Of a DNA stretch of 64,000 nt, positions 25,790 to 39,629 are shown piece after piece. The position numbers and the translations under genes are program-made. The DNA is from Octopus sinensis (Eukaryota): assembly GCF_006345805.1 (NCBI RefSeq), contig NC_043006.1:26412001-26476000 (forward strand), written 5' to 3'. The notes below the pieces were generated by a model. It ran no database searches and had not been told where the DNA came from. It was given only the letters and a program-made list of their open reading frames with translations. The stretch's first letter is position 1, and each line of letters opens with the position of its first letter.

Positions 25790-26150
25790 ACATCCGAGCA
25801 TGATCATTGCCAGAGCAGCCAACTGGCTTCTGTACCCGTGGCACGTAAAAGGGCACCATTCGTGTGTGATCGTTACCAACGTCGCTTCACTGGCACCTGT
25901 GCCGGTGGCATGTGTAAAAAGATTTGAGCGAGGTCATTGCCAGTACAATCTGACTGGCCCCCATGCCGGTGGCACATAAAAAGCACTCACTACACTCTCG
26001 GAGTGGTTGGCGTTAGGAAGGGCATCCAGCTGTAGAAACCCTGCCAGATCAAGACTGGAGCCTGGTGCAGCCATCTGGTTTCCAGCCCTCAGTCAAAATC
26101 GTCCAACCCATGCTAGCATGGAAAGCAGACGTTAAACGATGATGATGATG
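25790..26150 (+). mobile_element. SINE family C
   Basis: Modules plus ttaggaagggcatccagc core and (gat)n tail. Confidence 0.85.
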
Positions 26151-26431
26151 AATAAAAATTGATCTTTGAATGTGCAGGCAAATTTCAATTAGATAAGATT
26201 ATGTACAAAGATTAGAACTAAAGCAGAGAGATTTGATGATCCAAGAAGAGAAGGAAAGTAAGAGAAAAAGATAGAAAGATGTATACAAAAAAAGTAAAAT
26301 AATGAAATGAGAAAGAGAAGAAAGAAATGATCACTGTAAAGAAGAATAGAAAGAAAATATGGAAGACATTAACAAATAAGTTATGGGAGATATGGAAACA
26401 TGTAAGTCAGGTAAAACATTGTAGAATAGCA

Positions 26432-26710
26432 CATTATTTACATTTGATGGATATTTGTCCTCATCTTGTTTGTTGTTAACACAATGTTTCAGCTGATATA
26501 CCCCCACTCACCCTTCATCATATAATAATAATAACATTAAAAAATACCCTAGGAATGAGAACCCAGGTTCGAAATTTCCGCAAGACTCCTGATGAAGGCT
26601 GGAGGGTATATCAGCCAAAATGTTGTGTTAACAACAAACAAGATGAAAGCAAATATCTGTCAAATGTAAATAATGTACATAATTCCTCATCTCTTAAATA
26701 TAGAACTGTA
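26432..26710. mobile_element. Palindromic Penelope-like pLTR remnant with degenerate hammerheads
   Basis: Arms ~26432-26500 and ~26607-26675; + strand CTGATGA-A-GGCTG...CAGCC-aaaatgt; the mirror arm retains GAAAC. Confidence 0.6.
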
Positions 26711-26899
26711 TTGAAGAATAGCTATAGAGGGAAGCAGTACACATTTTCAAGAATGTGCTCAGCTTCCCCTGAACACATTCTTCAAAAAATAGAACCTTTT
26801 TAGTAATTTTTTTAATTCATTAATTCCTTTTGTTAAATTTTGTAATTTGCGAAGAATCTTGCAGTATTAAGCTTGCTGAACATGGTTTCTATTTGTGGC

Positions 26900-27400
26900 A
26901 AAGGATAAGCTTCCGTGCATATTTCTTTTATTTAGGTGAACTTTGTAGTCGGGACATATATGCAGTCATCCATTTTTCTTTCTAACTCACACAACTGGAG
27001 AAGTGTTGACTATGCCACCCAGAGCACATTTTTAAATTACACCTTTGGCTTCCAATGCATCTATTTCCTTTGCTACATCTTCCTCAAGAGTAACAGGTAC
27101 ATTTCTGGTGGCACAGAATTTATCAGAGGCATTAGTTATTAATTTGACAGAAGCTTGCACTCCTTTTATTGTTGGCAGAAATGACTCAATGCCGCAAATT
27201 GTTTCAGGATTAAGCAGGTCACAACCTAGTAAACTGTACATGTGGTTATCTTTAATTATTTTAAAAGTATGGAGGAATTGCCAACCTCCTTGTTTCACCA
27301 TAAGGCAAGCACCCCCAATGCATTCGATGTGGTGCTCATCATATGATTTGTGATTATGGATAAGATAATGCTGCATGGAGCACCTATATTATGCATTATG
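26900..27400 (-). mobile_element. Gypsy LTR retrotransposon pol fragment (protease-RT boundary)
   Basis: SLLGCDLL...RNVPVTLEEDVAKEIDALEAKGVI...SPVV.VRKKDG.LHICPDYK. Confidence 0.8.
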
Positions 27401-27419
27401 TCTATCATGTGCCCATTAA

Positions 27420-30400
27420 ATTAGCTGTCATTAAATCCTGCTTAACTAATTTACTACTCCAGTTTTTGTAAGATTGGCATGCTGGGAGCAATGCATGGTC
27501 CTTGCCTATAAATCCTATTGAGATAGACCATATAGATCACAAGTTTGTGGCTTGTGTAGCTGATGATTGCAAATTGTTGACAATTTACACTATCTATATC
27601 TGCTGGCCTACAGATACAATCAGGATATGCCAATGCTCTTTGCCAATATCCACAGTGGCACATTTGGGAAATACAGTCAGCACCTAGGAAACATTTGAGC
27701 AGATTTTCAAGGCTTTTATACCCCATCTCCTATCAGCTAGCTCTCCACAGTCCAAATGTGCATCCAAGATGGCTTTCCAGTTACCCACTAGTACAAAAGA
27801 GTGAAATATTCCTATGAACACTTTCAGACACCTGAAGAAATATGACTGTCCTATCCCTGCTGGGGTATAGGGATCTAGAAGTCTTAGTGCACCCTCTTCA
27901 CTATTGTTCATATACAGGACCACTAATTTACCATCTGGATCCAAGATCATTCCAGGCATTTCCAAAATAACATTGCCAATCCACTTCCTATTGCAGGTTG
28001 GCTAAAAGAGCATAAATCTAAAGTCATCAAAAACAGGTGCCAAATTACATGTCTCAGAAATCCTGGTCTTATGGATGGTCTTAACATCATTGCATAGGCA
28101 CTACTGCTGGTCCTGACAACTTAGGTGTTGATATTATTGACACTGCTGCAGTTGTTATTGTGTTTGTTTGTTTTCTTTTTGTTGCTCTTGGTGGTGGTGC
28201 ACTTGCTGTTGTAGATGTTTTGACCTCCACAGTTACAGATCCACTCCATTCGGCAATGAGATGAGATCTGGGATTCTTTCTAGATAGCATTTTAACATGG
28301 AAAAGAATCCCCAGAGAGGTCCCAAACTAGTTCTCTCACCTCATTCTTTTGACATTCAGCAAAGTGTTGCTTCCTTTGAACACAATATCATTCTGTTATA
28401 CACCTGAGATCCACTGAATGTTACAGTGTGAGAGCCTCAGTCGTAGATAGGACTTCAACCCCTGAAAACTGCCTTACACCAAGTCCATTCTTGGTGTCAT
28501 GCCATACGTCCCAGAAGAACTTTTCACTTGCGTGTTTGTGACTATCTCCGGATAAGTTTTTTTAAGTATACACAGCAATAAATTACACTATTTGATGCTG
28601 CTTTCACTGGAATTTCAGGCAAAGGGACAAGAGATGTCCTTCTTACCTTAATTTTCCTAAATTGAGCAGCTTCCTCTAGTTTGGTCCACCTATCTTCCAG
28701 CAAGAAGTTGTATAGTTTTTTTTATGGGATGCCATTCTTGTGAAGGAAACTTTGCCTAGGGTGTTACTATTGTTGCTGTTGTTAGGGTTTATTGGTTTTT
28801 ATTCTGCCTCTGTTGTTACTTTCATCTCCACTTTCAAATTTGTTGAAGTTGCTGCTGTTGTTTTTGTTCTTGTTGTTATAGTTGTTCACAGTGATAGCAG
28901 TGGTTCAGTTTTGGGTTTTTTGTTTGGGAGGGGATTCTGGAACTTTCAATGAGGGATGTTTTCCTCTTCCATAAGCAGAGTGAGCTTAAGAAACTTAACA
29001 CATACTACACATGTTTTAAAACTGACTCCACTGCTTCTCCCTCCAGTTCTCTGAAAGTAAAAACTGATGCTATGTTTATAAAAAGATGATTTTTCAATCA
29101 TTTTTCTCATAAAACCTTAAAATCACCCTAGACAAATTGATTACATGATACTGAATGAGGTTGATAGGTGACCATTCACCCTAACCACCAAGCAGATGGT
29201 ATCTTTTTTCCTAATTCTGAATGGTCTCAGAAGCCAACCAGTCACTCACCTGCACAGTGTTGCCATCTTGATAAATATGCACATGGAATGTTGCATTGTT
29301 ACTCATATGGATTCCCAGGTAACACACTGACTTTGACTCTGGGATTGCAGATTTGAAAAGGGCCTTAAAGTTAATTTATCAAAGACCAAAGTACTAATAA
29401 GCAGGAAAGCAGACAAAGAGCATTGGCATATCCTGATTGTATCTGTAGGCCAGCAGATAGAGATAGTGTAAATTGTCCACGATTTGCAATCATCAGCTAC
29501 ACAAGCCACAAACTTGTGATCTATATGGTCTATCTAAATAGGATTTATAAGCAAGGACCATGCATTGCTCCCAGCATGCCAATCTTACAAAAACTGGAGT
29601 AGTAAATTAGTTAAGCAGGATTTAATGACAGCTGTACATGGAAACAATCTAACCACAGAGGTGAAGGTTGTCATGAGTAGATCTGCTGAGGATGGTACAT
29701 GTTTGGGCATCAATCATATTACTAGTAGCAACTACCGACACTTTGGCCAAAATTTTGAAATCTTTACTTAGTAGAGTTGTTTGTTTGAAAATTATTAATG
29801 TAATCCCCCTTGTTTGGGACTTTCTCAGCAATATCACCACACACCAACTTAAGAAATTGAGAATTCTCTCATTCTGCTGCCAGTTGTGGTTGATATCTGT
29901 CAAGAGGTTGTCAAACAAATCTGCCTTATAAAAGTAAAACTCATAGAGCAGACCATCCCATGTTTCCACAGCTGTTATCGGCCTTTTGCAACACTCCACC
30001 TACCTTACTGAAAGCTGCAGCAGGCCATCAAAATAGGCACCAAAGTTTATCCAGTGATCAAGTCAGCCATTTGTCACAATCAGTTGAGCAAAACACCATG
30101 GAAAAGCAGTGCACATCAAGATCTGCCTAGGAGCGAGTTATGACTTTGTTGCCATATTGAGCCTCTGCCACTCAGATCCATTGAATAGCTTTTGTTCCTT
30201 TGTATCTTAAAACATATACCTTAGCTCTGACAACGCAGCCTTTATCTCTGACAAAGCAGCCCTGCCTACAGAGCCTATCTAGGTTGAATGTATTTTTGGT
30301 CTCTAGCTGACAATTATAAATTGTGGACAATCTATTCTCCTATCCCTATCTAACTAGTCATCAGAATACTCTTTCTAAGTACACTTTCGATAACTTGATG

Positions 30401-30530
30401 CTAATTGTCCATATAAGCCGGAAATTTCATTGGTTCTATTGGCTAGCCCACAGTCCAAGGGCACATCCAGCATAGCTCTCCTATATTCTGCTAGCACTAA
30501 GGAGTGGCACATTCCTATGAAATACTCTAG
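27420..30530 (-). mobile_element. Rearranged Tx1/L1-like LINE fragments (ORF1, APE endonuclease, RT)
   Basis: DPDGKLVVL...LVGNWKAILD (EN; related copy near 30440-30520); VVILLRK...LLSKDFKILAKV...AQTC...DNLHL (RT). Confidence 0.7.
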
Positions 30531-30532
30531 AC

Positions 30533-31030
30533 CAGTGCTTTTCAACCTTTTTGCTGGAGCAGAACCCCAAAGAAACATTCCACTGGCTCGAGGAACCCCT
30601 GTGCAATAATTTAATTGTCTTATGCAAAAAACAGTATTTAATTAATGAAATGAAAATACACATGTTCAGATTTATTTATAATAAAATCACAAACTGTAAA
30701 AAAATGTCACGTACACATGCAATTTTATTCTTGCATCTACAGTTATTATTAAAACATGTATTAAAAAAAACTTTAGTTTGAATAGATTACATTTATTCTC
30801 ATCAAAAACTCAATGAGAAACTTGAGCCTGGTGTTTCTTGCACAACTCTTTAAGATTGGGTCGTGTTTTTGTTAGACACACACGAAGTTCATCTTCCACA
30901 GACAGCAATCGTGCTTGCTTCTTATGCTTGATGGCTGTCAGGGCTGAAAATCCAAATTCACAGAAGTAGGAGGTTGAAAACCGCACAAGAAGTCGCAGCA
31001 CTTTCTGGGTGATTGCAGGATATTCCTGTA
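30533..31030 (-). mobile_element. Charlie/Buster-type hAT transposon 3' end
   Basis: FSTSYFCEFGFSAL...ELRVCL...QAQVSH* C-terminus; TIR cagtgcttttcaacc at 30533 beside an NTCTAGAN-type site (ctctagac). Confidence 0.85.
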
Positions 31031-31354
31031 GTGGTTATGTGTGTATGTAAACAAATACATAAACCGTTTCATGATTGAAAGGAATTTATTTACAGGGTTA
31101 TAGGTACACTATATACAAATGTAGGCAACTGCTATGAGTTGCTAGAAATACAGAGTACATATTAGGAATGAATAGGTTTGTGTGTGTGTGTGTGTTTCAT
31201 TCGAAACAGTAGTCGATCAGCACTTCGAGCATTTCTCTCTGTCTCTGTTGTCTGCCAAAAACCTTGGGTCGGAGATAAATCTATCTCATGTGTTTGCTCC
31301 CGTCTCTGCTGCTATCGTCTCTTGCCTCTCCTGTTTCACTTGGTTTTATAATAT

Positions 31355-32055
31355 TTGTGGCAACTAGAAAAACAGACATATTGCGAGCGTGACCTAGGCA
31401 TCACTGTCAGCAGTGATTTGCGTTGGACAAAGCATATCTCTAAAATTGTCAAGAAGGCCGAGGGTGTCTTGGCATCACTCAGCAAGACTTTTGTTAGCCG
31501 CTCTCCAGCCATCTATTTAAAACTGTATACAGCTATGGTATGACCACACTTGGAATTCGCATCATCAGTTTGGAATCCCTATCTTGCTCAGAACATTGAC
31601 CTCCTGGAATCTGTCCAGAGACGTGCAACCAAACGCATACCCTCCATCAGACACCTACCATATTCTGAGTGCCTTGTTTCCCTGGGCATGGATTCACTGA
31701 AGCTCCGGCGTCTAGCGACGGACTTGGTAAACACCCACAAGGTTATCAACCACCTCACCAACAACAACACTGAACACCTTTTTAATCTCCATGTGTCTAA
31801 CACACGTGGACATGCCTACAAAGTCAGAAAACAGCACAGCTCCCATGACTTTCGGAAACATTTTTTCACGCTCAGGGTTGCTGAAGCGTGGAATAAACTG
31901 CCTGCATCAGTTGTTGACTGCCATGACACTGCATCCTTTAAGGCCCTCATGCTTCCCGAAATCCGTCGAAACTACACCTGATTATATATACACTTTAGAT
32001 GAGTTGTAGTGCACCTGAGCACTGTACACAATTATTATTATTATTATTATTATTA
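31355..32055 (+). mobile_element. 5'-truncated CR1/L2-type LINE with (ATT)n tail
   Basis: ERDLGITVSSDLRW...VWNPY...LESVQRRATK...TRGH...FFTLRVAEAWNKLP; single stop; (att)n tail. Confidence 0.9.
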
Positions 32056-33029
32056 AGAGTTAGTACCTAAGTAGGTCAGCGCTTGTCCAGTTGAACTTCA
32101 CCTGACATGGCTGAGGTCACAGGTCAAAGGGAGATGATCAATCAATTTTTGACAGAACAAAGCAAAACCTTTTTTCGCGCCTGTTGATCGTTGTGGTTTG
32201 GACGACCGAGGATTCTTGGATTCGGTTTCAAATCTAGGCTTAGAGGAGGAAGTGTTAATTCTTACAAGCTCTTCCCTGTCACCTTCACTACACAACATAT
32301 TTGAGTGATCTGAAGCAGGTAGAGGACTGCCTTGCGTGTGTTTGTCATAATGTTCTGTTGCTGTTTGGTAAGTGGGAGCTTTCTGATGCTGTTGTTGTTG
32401 TTTGCACTGTTGGTGTTGTTTCTGTCACTGAAATTGCTACGGTGGTAATGGTGTTAGTAGCAGGGAGGTAGTCTTCCTGCTTACCAACTTTACTGTAGAC
32501 AGAAAGCCTTTAAATGATTTGTGTAACCACATAAGTGAAACCTGATTTTCTTTCCTCAACCCCACAATCATTTGTAAGCCACTTGGCAGGTTGGTTAGGC
32601 CTGTGATGGTTTCTATACTTACTTGATCCATTTTGATCAATTTTTCCATCACTGAGCTGACCAACATTTCTGCTATTGTTTGTGGACCTGCAATATGCTG
32701 GTTTTGTCCTCTGTATCAAATAAAACAGTTGTGAGTTATTAAAGTTTGGTATAAATGGAATCATCTCATTGATAGTATATTAATTTTTTTATTAGTCACA
32801 GGAATGGGTATGTGATGTGTGATTAAGAAGTTTGGTTTCCTATCATGTGATTTAGGGTTCATTTCCACTGCATGGCACCTTGGGCAAGTTTCTTTTGCTT
32901 TAGCTCATGACAACTGAAGAAGCCTTTTGTGTGTGTATGTGTGTGTGTGCGCGCATGTGCATGTGTGTGTGTGCATGCATACGTGTGTTTGTGAGTTCGT
33001 GTTTCCTTGTTCTGACATTGCACAATAAT

Positions 33030-33810
33030 TACACTGGCAAGGATGTGAATAGGTATTTTTTACTAATTTTGATGTTGTGAATTCAATTTTCTGAACAAGT
33101 TTGTTTTATCACCTCATTTTTTAGCTTTCACATATTTTAATTATACTGCATATAAATTGAAAATATGTATTTATTTCATCTGTTACAAAGGCATATTACA
33201 GAAAAAAACAGCATAGATAGGGAACATTGATGGAACTAAATTACTTGGATAATCCAATACATATAAATCATAGTATAGTAGACAGTTAGAAGTGAGTTTT
33301 TTGGGTGATCTTGTGTACATTCCCTCTGGGAAGTCACACAAGAGCATCCAACAAAGGTCCCCCATCATGGTGGGGTTCCACTTGCCTTGGTAGTTGCTCT
33401 CCATCTTAGTAATATCTCGGTGGAACCTTTCTCCATGCTCCTCTCTCACTGCTCCGAGCTTTGGAGGGAAGAAGTTGAGGTGGGAGTGGAGAAAGTGAAT
33501 TTTGAGTGACATTCAGCATCCCATAACCTCATAAGACTGTAAGAACTTCTTGATACATTCTTGGTAATCTAGTACCCATGTGCTACCAAGGAAGCTATAG
33601 CAGCTTGACTTAAATACTTCCAATACTCTCAGTTTCTTAAGAGAAGCTCCTCAAAGTTCTTATCCTTCAGCACCTCTCGGACCTCAGGTCTGACAAAGAT
33701 ACTCTCCTTGAGCTTAGCAGAACTCAGAGCTGGAAACAGAGTGCATGAGTATTGGAAGACAGTGCCAATTTTGTCCATGGCCTTCACAAAATTCTTCATT
33801 AAACCAGTGC
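33030..33810 (-). mobile_element. Chapaev3 (CMC) DNA transposon remnant
   Basis: GLMKNFVKAMD...MSLKIHFLHSHLNFFP..LGAV.EEHGERFH.DI..ME..YQGKW; cactgg terminus near 33032. Confidence 0.75.
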
Positions 33811-34329
33811 CACTAATTTAGTGAGAGTGGTACGTAATTTATGATATGAAAGTGTTCGTGGAAAAGTCCAGTAAATGAGCTTTTGAGAAGCGTGTGAAAG
33901 GGAATATCAGAAGGCAGTCTGATACAAAAGTATTATATTAACAAGAGCTGACAAGTAGTAAGAGCGTAGTCAAGTGCCAAAAAGCACTCCACTCAGGTCA
34001 GCCATGAAATGGGTAAGGTACAATGGTCAGGCAGGAATAGGTGACTCCTAGATCACACCTCAGTCAGGCATGATGTGATGTAGGTGTTTAGAACTATAGC
34101 CTGATCCTTTAGAAATAACTTTTTCTTTCCTAGTTTCTGGGTAAATTACCTTGTCTTAGTTTTTTTATCCCATGTGGAGATCTGGAACAAATCAGATCCC
34201 AAGTAATCTGCCATTTGTCCAGCAGCCACAACACTGTTAGACAGTATGGACCTGCCTCTCCAGATATTGAGTTGCAGGCATACTGACTTTCCTTGTTGAT
34301 TACCTCAATGTGCCTTATGTCTGATACTA

Positions 34330-34730
34330 TGATTTGACTGCAACCACACTGGAGCACTGTCTTGAAGATTTTAGTAGAACAAACTGACTCCAGGACTTAT
34401 TTTATTTTTTAAAGCCTAGTACTTATCCTTTCGATCTCTTTTGCCGAACCACTAAGTTACAGGAACATAAACACACCAATACCAGTTGTCAAGTGGTGAT
34501 GGGGGAACAAAAACAGACACAAAGACACACACATAGACATATACATATGTATATAAACTAATGGCTGCACCGACCATTAGGGTCTGACAATATATGTGTG
34601 TGTATATATGTATATATATATACACACACACACACACACATATGATGAGCTTATAGTAGAAGACACTTGCCAAAGGTGCCATGCAGTGGGACTGAACCTT
34701 AAACCATGTGGTTGGGTAGCAAGCTTGTTC
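34330..34730 (-). mobile_element. tRNA-derived SINE (family A)
   Basis: Diverged reverse-complement copy. Confidence 0.75.
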
Positions 34731-34853
34731 ACAGGTGTTGTTCAGTTACTTCCACATGCAGCCCAACAAACATATATAACAAGGAAAGCTTCTTTATGTA
34801 TTAGAAAATAATTTATCTGTCACATTAACAGGAAAGGTGTTTATACAATACAG

Positions 34854-35615
34854 GGATCTTTTCCTTTTGAACGACACTTTGTAACATAATTTCTAGGTAA
34901 CTAAAAAGTTTTAAACTTCGTATACTGGTAGAATGTGTTTATTAGACATCATTTTCTCTTGGCTTTATTGAGAAAATTCTATAGGTTGTAAGATATTTCG
35001 TCTACCTCCATTGACGGAAATAACATTCTGTGCATAATGAATATGTCCCTCCTTTAAGAAACAGATTGGGTTTATTTATATTTGTGAAAAAAAAAGATAC
35101 CCTTCCTCCACCCCTAACCCTAACTCTAAAATAGATTGAAATGCAATAGATCGATACTAGGGTTATAATTATGGGTGACAATTTCATACGACACCGCTAC
35201 GGAAAATGGGATTTTTTTCTAGCGGTGTCAAATGAAAATGTCACCCATAATTATGGCCCTAGTATCGATCTATTGCATTTCAATTTATTTTAGATTTAGG
35301 GTTAGTCAGTGTTAGGGGTTGGGGAAGGGTATCTTTTTTTTCTTCACAAATATAAATAAACCCAATCTGTTTCTTAAAGGAGGGACATATTCATTATGCA
35401 CAGAATGTTATTTACGTCAATGGAGGTAATTGATTGCTTAAAATGGCCGAAATGCAAGAAATTTGAGACGAAATATCTTACAAACTATAGAATTTTCTCA
35501 ATAAAGCCAAGAGAAAATGATGTTTTATAAACACATTCTACCAGTATACGAAGTTTAAAACCTTTTAGTTACCTAGAAATTATGTTACAAAGTGCCGTTC
35601 AAAAGGAAAAGATCC
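34854..35615. mobile_element. Foldback/MITE with very long TIRs and 8-bp TSD (Merlin-like termini)
   Basis: GGATCTTTTCC...GGAAAAGATCC; arms span almost the whole element; perfect TSD caatacag at 34846-34853 and 35616-35623. Confidence 0.85.
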
Positions 35616-35649
35616 CAATACAGAAAGTCTTTGTTGGATACTTAACATT

Positions 35650-36744
35650 TGGGCAAATTTTTACATAGGTGCCGTGGTGTGCCTTCTTTCATTCTAGGTT
35701 GAATATACAGCTGTTAAAACAACTATTAGGGGAGTGTATAGTAACTCGACCCAAGACAGAGAATTTTTGGTGCTCAATTTGGCTGTATTTGAAGGCCTCG
35801 AGCACGGAAGTTTCCAGTTCGACCACCGAACTATCACGTGAACAGCGGCCGTTCATTGGATAAAATCTCGGTTGTGCACATGATTGAATTGTGATTTCTA
35901 TGTGGAAAAATGCGATATCGAATTCAATGCCATGCATATTTGCAATTCATCAATTTAATCAGTCACCACAACAGACCTGACTAACAACCAACCGGCCGTG
36001 ACATAACATTTAACAGATGAGTAATGGCTAAACTAGACCGAACTGAAGGGAGCCAAGATTTACATGTAGTCAAGATTTGACTGTGTGATAATGAAATTAA
36101 CAGAAAGAGTAGAAGGCTAACAGTAGCAAAATACGCAACAATAACCTAAGTGGTAGAGTATCCCGTTAACGCGTGTATCGTTAACTTAAATCTTCCGACA
36201 AAAGCACTTTGAATTACAATAAAGTCCATCTGACAGTTTCCACAGTATTTCTATCCACCAAATTTCACCCACAACACTTAGAGTAACCAGAAGTTATATA
36301 AATCCAATATGTCATGTAGTGATATCGAACCCGATTAAGTGAATATCTTAACCATTTGGGTTTGTCTACACCATATACCTAAACTAATTATTGTACACAA
36401 ACATGTATTCCCACAGAGTGCATTCAACAGGGTGGAACACGAGAAGAAAAGCGAAAATGTGGGAGTATATCATAGCAAATTTCATGCTTCGACACTGAGC
36501 AGATTTAAAAACAAATATATTTCGAATATTGAGATCTTTAGTTTTCATATCGTGTTGGTATAATGATTTAAATTTTACAAAGGGAATTCACAATTTACTT
36601 TTAAATTTCAGATATTATTTATAAAAATAATTAAAGGATTATTTACTTACAAATTATCTCTTTTGTTCCTATTTTCCCCACAATTCGAATCTAATTAATA
36701 TTATAGCTTTACCTTAAACACATTGCTCTGGAGTTGAGAAAAAA
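35650..36744 (+). promoter_or_regulatory. Probable CDK5 promoter / 5' UTR region
   Basis: Mostly non-repetitive, visibly CpG-retaining sequence directly upstream of the ATG; TSS cannot be placed. Confidence 0.4.
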
Positions 36745-36781
36745 ATGCAAAAATACGAGAAGCTGGAAAAAATCGGCGAAG
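36745..36781 (+). CDS. CDK5: Cyclin-dependent kinase 5, coding exon 1 (MQKYEKLEKIGE-G)
   Basis: ATG at 36745; translation matches the metazoan CDK5 N-terminus; 37 nt ending at GT donor (G|gtttgt), phase 1. Confidence 0.96.
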
Positions 36782-39064
36782 GTTTGTTGACTTTTCAAGG
36801 ATATAATGATATATTTAATAAGTAACTATAGGTTTCTCGTTACAAAATTTCGTTGCATTTCCATCTGTTTGTATTTCTTTTCAAGTTTAATCTACAATTA
36901 CTGTATTACCGGGCTTACCTGTTTCTCTCCAAAGGATTATATGTATTTAAATTTTCCACAAATTCGATTAATGTACAAATTTTCTCGATTTCAAAGTAAA
37001 AAAAGAAAACAATAACAAATGTCTCTAAAGTTTATGAAATGTATGCTTTTGTAGGTAATTATAAATTTTCTATTGAAAGTACGTCGTTTACAATGCGTCG
37101 GGGGTTTTCGGTGTAAACATTGTAACCAAAATGTCATCAACGTTTCTTGTTCTCTGTATTCATTTAAAAAGTCAAACATTAGTAATTTCAATGTCCTTCA
37201 GATATTTCTAATGAGCTTAAATATGTTTATTGTTTATCTTGAACTGTAACGAACTTACCAGTAATGCAGTCGATACACTTTTATCCGAAATACTGGAATG
37301 TGAAATCCTCCAAAACAACAATTTATTTTCGAGTTAGAGAAGTGTCACAAACCAAAAATTCCAGAAGCGCTCGAATTTTCCCCTCGACATAATTTTTTAA
37401 AGTAATTTTTTTGTTTATCTAGTTGGTTTTAAAATATCAAACAGCATGAAATACGTTTTCTGATACCAGTAGTAGGCACAGTCCCACTAATCCGCTAACA
37501 GCTAATTTTTCGCTTAGTGGATTAGCGTTTTCGCTAACTTTGGAAACCATTAGCGGACCAATTAGCTTCCGCTAAATTTAGTTCCGCTAACAAAATTCAT
37601 GCATTTGTCCCTGTCTCTTGTGGGTGTGTCTCGAAGAGTCCGTCAGACACGTTATTGGTTGACGCAGCAGCAGCGAGCTGAACAGCGTAGTGCAATTCGG
37701 CAGTTTTTAGTTGTGTTCACTTACAACGTTGTCACATTATGGTTTTATAGTGTCAGTGACAACAGTCTACATTATCGGTTTATCAAGTTATTGCTTATCA
37801 TCATGGAAGGTGAAAACGTTTTTGTTCGGCCTGCGGATGAAGGGCCTGTTGGGGAGGCAGAGGTCACTTCGGTTGAGAGCCAGGGCTCTCAGAACCAGTG
37901 GCCCCACACGGAGGACTACTTTTTCTTTATGTTAAGAGATAAGAGGAACGCCAAAATCCTGTACTTCCAGTGTGTCATGTGCCAGCCGAAGGAGACCACC
38001 ATCAAAGAAAAGCAGTGAACCTAGGGACAATGTGAAGTTGCATGTCAAAAGAAAACACCCAGTGCATGCCATCCGGTTTGAGGAGAGGATCAAGGCCAGC
38101 TCTTCCTGTAGGAAATGGACAATCTTCTGGTAGCAGTGCCAGTAGCCAGTTGTTGCAGCCATGTGCAAAGAAACACACTAGCCCAGCATTTGCCCAAACT
38201 GCTGGCACTGGTGTCTGTCAGTCTATGGTGGACAGAAGTATTATAGACCTGTTTGTCAACAACATGCTACTGCTGCATGTAGTGGAGCCCCTCACCTTGG
38301 TTGGCCTGATCAAGATGCTGAACCTCAGCAAGACGTTGATGTCCCTCTACACTCTCCTGCAGGATGATCTTGGCCAGCCATAAACAACCGGGAGAGTATC
38401 TTACAAAGTATTTATAAATTAAAATTATACAAGATTATTAAATTATTATTATGGCGTACCTCATATTTTCTTCATTTAATTTAATTATTTATTGAATAAT
38501 TATTTTCTTAATGTAATAAAATGTATAATAGTTAACTGAAATAAATATCATAATATATAATATACGGTATATATATATATTCCACTCATGATTAAGTCTG
38601 CACAGCCAGAACAGCAGTCTTTAATGAAATAATGAATAAACAAACCTTAAGTTCTGCACTTATCAAATTCTGACCATCATTCCTTGCCTCATCTTGGTTA
38701 TTCACACACCCCAACGCATTGCCTATCAAGGTAGTGTCATTATTTTTGAAAGTTTAATAACAAAGCTTTAAATTATAAGCAATATCTCCATGAATTTAGA
38801 ACAGCCTAGTAACAAATGTTAAACTACAATCTGATTTCTATAAGCAAAATATGGTTATAAGATGCTGCAATCAAATGTGCTGCCTCCTTCCTACCTGGAA
38901 AAATTGTACAAACCACGTGCTCACAAAAACCCTTGTAGCTTGTGTGGAGATGCGGATGAGAGGCTAGTTTTTTTGTTAGTAGGCCTTGATTATACTCTGC
39001 ATCAGTTTATATATAGTGACAGTGAATTATTTCTTTGTTGGTTTTAAATTGCTGCTAGCCACCC

Positions 39065-39442
39065 TTTATTCTTTTAATCTTTCAGTCATTTAACTGTGGC
39101 CATGCTGGAGCACAGCCTTTAGTCGAGCAAATCGACCCCTGGACATACCTATTCTTTGTAAGCCTAGTACTTCTTCTACTGGTCTCTTTTGCCAAACTGC
39201 TGAGTTACGGGGATATAAACACATCAGCATCAGTTGTCAATGTTGGTGGGGACAGACAAAGACACACAAACACACACATACATACATATATATATACATA
39301 TATACGACAGGCTTCTTTCAAGTTTCCATATACCAAATACACTCACAAGGCTTTAGTCGGCCCGAGGCTATAGTAGAAGACACTTGCCCAAGGTGCCATG
39401 CAGTGGGACTGAACCTGGAACTATGTGGTTGGTAAGCAACCT
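39065..39442 (-). mobile_element. tRNA-derived SINE (family A) nested in the hAT
   Basis: Reverse-complement copy. Confidence 0.85.
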
Positions 39443-39629
39443 ACTTTATTTCAATGATTTTGCCATAAAGGTAATATATAGAGGGGACACTACAAAACAT
39501 GTGGGGACATATAACAATTAAAAATATGTAAAAATAAAATTTGGTACTGTGAGTGACATGAAAATGAACATGAGAAAATATATTAAGGTTATGATAAAAT
39601 GCATGATATCTGAAAATGAAAATATGAAG

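Noticed and set aside
35689-35937. 82-aa minus-strand ORF as a gene divergent from CDK5
   Set aside because: No recognisable homology or supportable splice structure.
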